Source of the DNA: an uncultured Planctomycetia bacterium
Lineage (GTDB): Bacteria; Omnitrophota; Gorgyraeia; 2-01-FULL-45-10; JAHFGN01
Direction: 5' to 3'
Length of the DNA: 64,000 bases
Assembly (NCBI GenBank): GCA_964354545.1
Contig: CAYHAE010000003.1
Coordinates: 25,019 to 89,018, forward strand
Shown: one piece after another, positions 63,001 through 64,000 of the stretch
Numbering within the stretch: the stretch's first letter is position 1
Layout: the number at the start of each line of letters is the position of its first letter
Notes under the pieces: generated by a model
The model's input: only the letters and a program-made list of their open reading frames with translations
The model's database searches: none
What the model was told of the DNA's origin: nothing
Position numbers and translations under genes: made by a program

Positions 63001-64000
63001 AGCTGATCTCGGGCCTCTCGGAAGAGTCCAGGATATCCCTCACCGAGGCGCAGAGGACAGCCCTCGGGTCGTCTCTTGGCGCGCTCTCCGATTCGTTCGA
63101 GCGCCTCGAAGGATTCCAGACGGACGGCGCGACGCTCGTGGCGATCGCACAGTCCCTCACATTTGCGATGGGGAAGGCGGCGGACTGGACCGCGTCAACA
63201 AAAGATAAGACCGCGGGAGTGGGCATCTTTGGGGCGCAAGAGGACCTTGACAAGGAGATAGTGGGACTGTCCGAGACCATGACGTGGATCCTGGGACAGA
63301 AGTCATCGGGGGCCCTCACCGCGAATTCAGAGGAGCTGGCGACCGTGAAGCAGGATGCCTCAGGCGTAATGGATACGGCCTCGGCCGATATAAGGCGCGC
63401 CGATGCATTGCCCGGATACAACGATTCTCCCGCAGGACAGGCCTATGCGATAAGGAGCCTTGCCGCAAACGACTTCGCGAGCGCAGGCTTCCTCACCGAT
63501 CCGAACGGGCTCAAGGCAATGAATGTCCTCGCCAAGAAAGTGGAGGAGGCTGCCGCCGCGAAAGTCTATGACGCGCTCACGGCGATGCGTTCGGATACTT
63601 CCAGCCGCCTCGCACGGTACAATGTCGATGTCATGAGGGTGTCAAAAGATATCATCAAGACGGCGTCGATCGAGGTCGACGAAACGGTCGCGCAGAGCGT
63701 GGGGGCAAAAGACCACGGGCAGGAGCTTGCGGACCTCGCACACGCGACGAGCGAATTGACGCAGGCGATGAGCGATGCGGTCGCGGCGTCGCCCACCTCC
63801 GCAGACGCGCCGCTCTACATGAAGATAGCGGATGGGGCGTGCCGCGCGAGCCAGAAGGCCGGGATCCGGGCGAGGACCCTTGCCCAGGACCATCCTCTCG
63901 ATGCGGCCATCCAGGCCTCGAGCACCTCTGCCCAGGAAGACGCGAAGCTCGCCGCGGACCATCGCAAGGAAGCGCAGCGTATACTCGGGATCACCTCGAC
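1..64000 (+). CDS. Internal fragment of a single giant ORF (frame 3; complete codons 3..63998, 21,332 codons; 5' and 3' ends outside the window). Multidomain Ca-binding, repeat-rich protein that looks like a surface adhesin or fibre.
   Basis: Seen directly: I translated the window end to end in the frame starting at nt 3 and met no stop codon. Spot checks at nt 867, 5133, 10488, 16566, 21825, 35658, 41274 and 44625 all keep the same phase and encode DxNxDGxVD loops. All 31 plus-strand ORFs in the supplied track start at positions congruent to 1 or 2 mod 3, and none is in frame 3 despite frequent ATG there, which fits a frame with no stop anywhere. Strong GC3 codon bias in this frame only. Minus-strand ORFs have antisense-type composition (R/L/V/H-rich, no motifs). 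Confidence 0.93.
313..7750 (+). repeat. Nine tandem cassettes of about 250-300 aa. Each is [beta-sandwich CBM/lectin-like module ending GxHx(I/V)xFxWxN, then V(Y/F)(L/V)RD] -> dockerin-like Ca loop -> [xFDGT(Y/F)T ... GxxYxI beta-hairpin module] -> dockerin-like loop.
   Basis: Beta-sandwich modules at approx. 313-665, 1249-1600, 1969-2300, 2625-3085, 3433-3880, 4725-5150, 5505-5925, 6262-6625 and 7350-7750. Shared hallmarks are Y(T/S)F...G(x)Y(x)(V/I)GL(x)A ... F(x)V(x)VDG ... G(T/S/E)H(T/D)(V/I)xFxWxN ... V(Y/F)LRD. Examples: GTHTVSIQWTN at nt 2950-2985, GTHTVTFSWKN at 3748-3781, GEHTIRFKWKN at 7630-7665. Hairpin modules include KYYVLDNFDGTYTLVDQNG...KKYKIVRTALGEIRL at 2390-2560. Confidence 0.75.
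867..902 (+). other. Representative dockerin/EF-hand-like Ca-binding loop (DVNGDGIVDAND). More than 100 such 12-residue loops occur across the ORF.
   Basis: gac gtg aac ggc gac ggc atc gtc gat gcg aac gac in frame. Consensus D-x-(N/D)-x-D-G-x-(V/I)-(D/N)-x-x-D followed by L/A-rich helix-like segments (e.g. DALAFQ), as in dockerin type I repeats. Confidence 0.7.
7750..9950 (+). repeat. Array of about 18 degenerate 36-40-aa beta-hairpin repeats (consensus (V/I)x(V/L)(D/G)GxxYx(V/I)xxxxxGxYx(F/L)...).
   Basis: Translated units include GTLYSVTEAGNEFTFTD, KGNVYTVTEPTLGNYTFSG, IDGYLYTVGEPTAGNYTLTRVG, TLGAATYDIVTVDPERHIELL, VQGELYRIEKAGAEHVFSKI, IDGIAYRVSGTVGNYSLASL, INGKKYQVTRLDSGIMIELS and LDGTTYKITRRDLGYEFVKDG. 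Periodicity is about 110-120 nt. Confidence 0.7.
10737..11150 (+). other. Beta-sandwich CBM/lectin-like module, copy 10, followed by dockerin-like loop.
   Basis: ...LTYAFTTDTPGDYYVGLSAKSY...FQYVVAVYIDGVYRTT...LEKGVHTVRFEFKNLSD...VFLNKTGFSLTKFDVNEDGRIGVDDAD. Confidence 0.65.
11150..11700 (+). other. Cluster of at least 7 dockerin/EF-hand-like Ca loops with short helical linkers.
   Basis: DVNEDGRIGVDDAD, NVNGLSGVDIDDVD, DLNGDGKISNEDAD, HDNNNDGVLNSS, DFNDDGKVDILDRA, DLDGDRKITRGDLD. Confidence 0.65.
11700..15000 (+). repeat. Second, longer array of about 28 of the 36-40-aa beta-hairpin repeats.
   Basis: Units such as KVKLNGITYTIAEVADKLSLSR, VIDGVTFEIVEAAGALSSLKE, VSVDGLEYFYKANPDGTYTLARG, VINGYTYDITKSADSCHIVLSA, ICVNGTEYEVKNNGAGSYTVTRG, TVDDKAYSIAETTEGIELTLI, LAVDGVTYAIKDNPREKGKIDLVE, VRLNGRLYTVTRDPDTGDYFVSDG, IHIDGMTFAVTDDEVTKGYKLVQ, VTIGTKDYAISRNSATNVITLTE. 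Confidence 0.7.
15760..17560 (+). other. Dense dockerin/EF-hand-like Ca-loop array (about 20 loops) with an embedded beta-sandwich module (copy 11, about 16665-17025: ...FNFDVKAAEFAALSFDVFVDGIKSG...SGEHTIMFVMRCPS...).
   Basis: DVNGDGFTNELDL, DLNVDGKMDAKDV, DINQDGIVDYKDA, DVKGDGVVDDKDV, DVNKDGVVDGEDY, DVNGDGIYSYDDG, DINWDGAVDDRDL, DVTRNGVVDQRDL, DVNRDGFIDGKDE, DLTGDGMIDARDL. Confidence 0.7.
17738..18275 (+). other. Concanavalin-A-like lectin/glucanase-fold domain (LamG / DUF1080-like jelly roll), single copy.
   Basis: LNWTSDGTQWMVKDGVYSQTASG...DFSVEADVRVDGG...GAGIVFRMKDAGNYYEAYLNSATRSLEFRKVVDGGAPIVMKSVKVGIAGDRWYRLGVKARSRFFEFTIDGKKVFDFISTTFGTGGVALKVGPSTRASFDNVRFS. The pattern W..G.W...G / G.G.+FR..D..NYY / L.F.K...G / W+.L.V.A.G..F.F.IDG..V / G.V.L / F.NV.F matches that fold family. 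Assigned by eye, not by HMM. Confidence 0.5.
18280..22450 (+). other. About 4.2 kb dominated by dockerin/EF-hand-like Ca loops (about 40) separated by short amphipathic helical linkers. Contains a non-repeat insert at about 20560-21050.
   Basis: DLDGDSDIDAWDY, DVDGNGNADVND, DLNGDGLVNEDDY, DINKDGRVDWNDY, DVNGDDTIDSKDI, DVNGDGRKDLSD, DVNRDTKVDQDDV, DFDKDGKLSAQDT, DVDRNGIIDAADA, DANGDGWVDANEK, DFNGDGDINGKDI, DVNGDGKRDDTD, DLNKDGFVDKKDE, DFNSDGYVDKKDL, DINGDGIVNGFDL, DFDEDGTIEASDL. Confidence 0.7.
22560..24400 (+). repeat. Beta-hairpin repeat array (about 15 units) with one dockerin-like loop at about 23680-23760.
   Basis: IGETLYYITEEAVTKRVNLS, VKVGSIVYLVIYDSLSHKISL, IKLGEQQYEVLDNQDGTFTLRDG, LVGDELYRVIKNENTGEITLI, IALDGVLYKADYDAGEGFFFNDG, IEIKNRRYKIAMDPDTRVIQLTE, VELDGVRYDVYQDPATGEITLKE, IKVQGVYYEVEDIGGGVYEFRRNG, VTLDGITYTIQGPANEVSLTG. 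Confidence 0.65.
24400..25500 (+). repeat. Two copies (about 24400-24720 and about 25180-25500) of a roughly 105-aa module of unknown family, separated by beta-hairpin repeats.
   Basis: AHKYAVAFTVDGSDVVIGALSGNVTTDETHGKVMLSNIPIGPAGTTARKIYRTDAGGSTFKFVATIDDNTTTALLDNEPDSGLG versus THAYSIVFTVDGNDVVSGIPTNTVTTDATHGKVLLSNIPIGPTGTTARTIYRTGANGATFKFLASIDDNVTTTYEDSAADATLG. Nucleotide identity about 80% over 24568-24685 versus 25341-25458. Confidence 0.7.
27850..28420 (+). repeat. Tyr/Gly/Asp-rich low-complexity segment (about 190 aa).
   Basis: YDLNGDYEGNYYEDWPFGTDTGYYGNYGYQSGNYTYT...YADYDYTDDRTDAVYTYDYSTGEYVTSSSGYQMGSFGMGGDALAGSKYF...WGYSGGGFSGGSPMGMGMGEDS. Confidence 0.7.
31443..31895 (+). other. Beta-sandwich CBM/lectin-like module, copy 12, plus dockerin-like loop.
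   Basis: MNYKFTIAQDGEYDVGLFAKTYEN...YIFQVWVDGLSRGTFSL...LDAGEHDIKISWDLP...VKDVFIGAPEIDKADLNGDLKVDGADL. Confidence 0.6.
31950..33480 (+). repeat. Beta-hairpin repeat array (about 13 units).
   Basis: VMIDGTTYNVYTFERARDV, FSLGGTVYYIVKIDDHMYGAYELRNG, IEVAGTRYLVTANPDGSFNFDD, MQVGGKFYGVEKVFTGRGTQFTYRF, VILDGRNYILSVDGNGAITLQE, INIGGTEYLIIDNGDGTFTFGS, VQINGQVYYIFTNRTTGTFSLIKE, ITLNSIMYDITIEGAGLVLTE, VRLDDIVYEISKAGERIMLAKK. Confidence 0.65.
33488..36050 (+). repeat. Segment A, copy 1 of 3 (about 2.56 kb). Order is a hairpin pair (VKLDGVQYDVTTVAEKYVFSDGINPSVTSPDNLTVTLKGHDYKIELVSDKIVLSE), then a T/S/G/Y-rich beta region with GTGLSDIKL and TYTLDDGAGHVYTAQVGTPVVINDIAYDVFGSGDNN motifs, then a dockerin pair with a ...YYATRRTDGIYRFFDLVNSPVDANATNSRV module.
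   Basis: Directly alignable with 47717-49560 and 49694-51370. Example nt: gtgacctcgcccgataatctgacggtgacgctcaagggacacgactataagatagagctcgtg (about 33595-33660) versus gtgacctcgcccgataacctgacggtgaacctcaacgggcacgactataatatagagctcgtg (about 47820-47880). Confidence 0.8.
36160..36565 (+). other. Beta-sandwich CBM/lectin-like module, copy 13.
   Basis: YLDYIFTTTSAGNFDIGLDVKAAG...YNIEVYVDGQSIGTLWI...LSAGSHTVRFEWHNLDQ...MVLRSGNYDANADINQDLRVDELD. Confidence 0.6.
37450..37840 (+). other. Beta-sandwich CBM/lectin-like module, copy 14.
   Basis: FLTYEFDVNGAGNYDLGFTARARNG...YAIEVFIDGVSAGVINV...IQRGIHRIKFKWANPVD...VFVRDTQYDAVFDLNKDKKIDYLDLD. Confidence 0.6.
38285..39180 (+). other. Beta-sandwich module, copy 15, enlarged by an insertion of about 170 aa between the N-terminal Y.F...GDYxVGLSA strands and the C-terminal GWHSVVYEWLN strand.
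   Basis: N-terminal part: MMYMEGFGQALWAEYKFYVEKEGDYQVGLSAQNL. Insert: WKSWDNVNNL...YWNRETDQQGVWSEDRSDWFMINADNEMHTYTLDF...IEIESISIHMTRDSGPVKVWGVNPNATEP. C-terminal part: YAKVTWDNEEYRRGAAEVHLTPGWHSVVYEWLNDYGIESRISVKDVFIAQVNEKADFNKDLWIDETD. Confidence 0.5.
39200..41280 (+). repeat. Beta-hairpin repeat array (about 18 units).
   Basis: VDLGGKYYNMAKTADGKAFELTTFKDG, VRINDADFVVILDRTTGGVKLGQ, LTVQGGRYEVLEFPDSTFTFTK, MVNGIEYEILQHLDGRISLISRE, ILIDGEKYALRTVDEKLTIMKD, VDIGGTVYEMTKETDGSVTLTFG, IDIAGTAYDVTVSGNVYTFSDG, VELSGVTYEIIPQADGGILLRRR, ITLDGTVYYATPIDNPQPPPAKLYTFSDG, VQINDLVYEVSLDRKGNVMLRHLE, VTLKGETYQMKKIGTRGVYAF. Confidence 0.65.
41540..42190 (+). repeat. Tandem duplication of about 324 nt (2 copies of an acidic module of about 108 aa: DxDGDxIADxIExxxYGDL ... 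GIATDSDGDxIADIVEKLTYGxLT ... DxDGDGIDDTLExxxWGST ... SYDSDHDGVADxVExLLY).
   Basis: ggcatcgcgaccgactcggacggcgataccatcgctgacatcgtcgaaaagctcacctatggggacctcacc at about 41634 versus ggcatcgcgaccgattcggacggagacgggatagcggacatcgtcgaaaaactcacctatggaaacctgacc at about 41958. Confidence 0.8.
42230..42870 (+). other. Dockerin/EF-hand-like Ca-loop cluster (about 7 loops) with helical linkers.
   Basis: DVNKDGRVDETDR, DVTKDGTVDAKDA, DTNGDGVLNMQDV, DINKDGLVNQQDI, DLTGDGYATATDV. Confidence 0.65.
42870..44580 (+). repeat. Beta-hairpin repeat array (about 14 units).
   Basis: VRLDDMLYSVTKDSHNRYVFYDG, VEIENVIYDVFELEYGRVKLIEQ, LKLGTKTYSVTPIGEAFIFQEEG, IKLEGVEYDIIRDRIHDTYEIRA, ITINGEAFTAHINPALGRITLVK, VAIKGTSYDVTKDLFTGGVTLIQ, IRVNHATYEVDYNLDGTYTFTRD, IEFNGEPYEVVRNDDGTFTFIG. 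Confidence 0.65.
44625..45055 (+). repeat. Thrombospondin type-3-like Ca-binding repeats (about 7 units of DxDxDGxSDxxExxxGTDPxxxDS).
   Basis: [50 protein letters not shown]...[47 protein letters not shown]...[38 protein letters not shown]. Confidence 0.75.
45115..47700 (+). repeat. YD (RHS-type) repeat block 1. Contains a roughly 1.18-kb tandem internal duplication (45387-46563 versus 46564-about 47700, about 65-70% aa identity).
   Basis: IAQYDERGRMAGTLYANGAGDPIAMWNVEEEMLTVY; IGTTYDEAGNVVRRTEGSY; IVEYDEYQNRIREVYARQDGKPLTMVDY. Copy 1 YYQYQPGNYASLSEPDAMVRGSYSTSTGSFNPSRTVESY...ITQYDE... aligns with copy 2 YYRYRYQSGSIESLEEPDAVLQGSYNRVLGRFSVSKMVEEY...ITQYDELGRRAGMFYADKEGDPLVTWDVEKKALTVY. Confidence 0.7.
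47717..49560 (+). repeat. Segment A, copy 2 of 3 (about 1.84 kb), in tandem with copy 3 and interrupting the YD array.
   Basis: VVRVEDTIYDVTTVNGKYVFSNGVDTPVTSPDNLTVNLNGHDYNIELVADQLVLSE...GTGLSDIGL...TYTLDDGAGHVYSARAGTPLTINHW...DISGSGFTKVGLETT...ILNTDLNGDHAVTQADEDIVMAALTGAYTTAADLDHDDNIDWDDVDIFRSRRDSTANWTKLNVNDVDYYAMQRNNIYRFFDRVRAPVDANAANTRVVL. Confidence 0.8.
49694..51370 (+). repeat. Segment A, copy 3 of 3 (about 1.68 kb).
   Basis: IYDVAIVGGKYVFSNGVDASVTSPDNLIVTLKGHDYRIEQAGSELVLSE...GTGLFNIGL...AKAGTPLTITYGTYSITYDVFGSGLNKVGLQGM...LISDLDNSGSITGADEGIITAALTGLYTTAADLDQDGSVEWDDVDIFRRERDRTEYWTKINLNAKDYYVMQRNGIYRFFDRVRAPVDANADNTLVTL. Nt 49400-49500 versus 51240-51340 are about 85% identical. Confidence 0.8.
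51380..56560 (+). repeat. YD (RHS-type) repeat block 2 (about 5.2 kb, dozens of YD units). No RHS core (PxxxxDPxGL) or C-terminal toxin domain follows.
   Basis: TERYDNFGRLTETLYTDARGVLRGV; IGTTYDSAGNEAQKVDGYY; ITEYDGEGHKTGEEVVAQDRRPLAVWDAEQNVTALY; ITYYDTNGFERGTVYVDEAERPIVAIDAQKNAVTMY; AATYDTSGNEVRNSIGYY; AIDYDNFGNPIGETFMGPDGKVVARQD; AVTYDSAGNMLKDSVV; AQYDETGNKVQEMVRSADGRSAALCD; ATYYDTRGREIEVLAGQDGRPLAARN; VTYDGSGNVMRDSIGYF; VRYDQSGSADEAIYYNKQSGTPMAARN. Confidence 0.7.
56566..56715 (+). repeat. In-frame tandem microsatellite, about 8 x 18 nt (gcgtatcccggaggcggc), encoding (AYPGGG)n.
   Basis: GAGAYPGGDAYPGGGAYPGGGAYPGGEYSGGGAYPGGGAYPGGGAYPGVGGGSS. The reverse complement yields the minus-strand track ORF 56426..56782 (PGYAPPPGYAPPP...). 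Confidence 0.9.
56770..56900 (+). repeat. Second, short thrombospondin type-3-like cluster (2 units).
   Basis: [46 protein letters not shown]. Confidence 0.7.
56980..59200 (+). other. C-proximal dockerin/EF-hand-like Ca-loop array (about 25 loops) with helical linkers.
   Basis: DIDRSGAIDVADW, DIDGDSYVTSLDV, DINGDGAVDSKDW, DVDEDGDVDTGDI, DVNGDLKITADDL, DVNHDGRVDGTDI, DIDGDGKVTAYDS, DLDFSGTLDLNDL, DVNEDGAFDYKDV, DINFDGAINKFDA, DINRDLKLDAADL, DVNEDGMIDAADA, DLNGDGRVNPLDL. Confidence 0.7.
59200..64000 (+). other. Ala/Leu/Glu-rich, largely non-repetitive region predicted to be alpha-helical (about 1,600 aa). Contrasts with the beta-rich, Asp/Gly/Thr/Tyr-rich remainder. Continues past the window end.
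   Basis: For example ...AKKTVASLGAMVTQLKAALIGIEEKAFSAAAIIDSGAGALTELGRDADAVALSIAYVALVLALNDAKRF... and ...LETLATAATQGESLVDSMRLQLELMKKAFDIATLEQDPKAAKLLYDLSLSSQAEFERVRTLATG.... The Ca-loop motif disappears, and Gly/Tyr/Thr content is low. Confidence 0.55.

Noticed and set aside
1-64000. NRPS/PKS megasynthase as an explanation for a giant ORF.
   Set aside because: No thiolation (GGxS), condensation (HHxxxDG), adenylation or ketosynthase (DTACSS) core motifs were seen. Composition and repeat structure are those of a structural or adhesin protein, not a megasynthase.
1-64000. Cellulosomal scaffoldin or dockerin-bearing enzyme.
   Set aside because: Dockerin-like loops are present, but no cohesin module, catalytic glycoside hydrolase motif or typical X-module was recognised in the window. 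The loop count and spacing are unlike cellulosomal proteins.

Overview
The whole 64,000-nt window lies inside one uninterrupted plus-strand reading frame (codons at 3..5, 6..8, ... 63996..63998; at least 21,332 codons, no start or stop in the window). The supplied ORF track lists no plus-strand ORF in that frame, although ATG is common there, which is what you expect if the frame never hits a stop. My own translation, end to end, met no stop and gave recognisable protein motifs throughout. Every minus-strand ORF in the track is an antisense shadow of this GC3-rich gene. The window is therefore an internal fragment of a giant gene (more than 64 kb, more than about 2.3 MDa) encoding a highly modular, acidic, beta-rich protein that looks like an extracellular adhesin or fibre. 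Its parts are as follows. (i) 15 copies of a roughly 120-140-aa beta-sandwich (CBM/lectin-like) module ending in a GxHx[IV]xFxWxN motif and a V[YF][LV]RD junction, nine of them tandem in the first 7.7 kb. (ii) Well over a hundred dockerin/EF-hand-like calcium loops (DxNxDGxVDxxD). (iii) Long arrays of roughly 36-40-aa beta-hairpin repeats (Y-x-[VI], G-x-Y-x-F). (iv) One concanavalin-A/LamG (DUF1080-like) jelly-roll domain. (v) A thrombospondin-type-3 repeat cluster followed by about 9 kb of YD (RHS-type) repeats with no RHS core or toxin. (vi) A roughly 1.7-2.6-kb segment present three times, two copies tandem and inserted inside the YD array, plus several further internal tandem duplications. 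(vii) An in-frame 18-nt x 8 microsatellite encoding (AYPGGG)n. (viii) A roughly 4.8-kb Ala/Leu-rich, predicted alpha-helical region at the 3' end of the window. No RNA genes, mobile elements, CRISPR arrays or intergenic regulatory DNA are present. Domain family names are from motif recognition by eye and need HMM confirmation.
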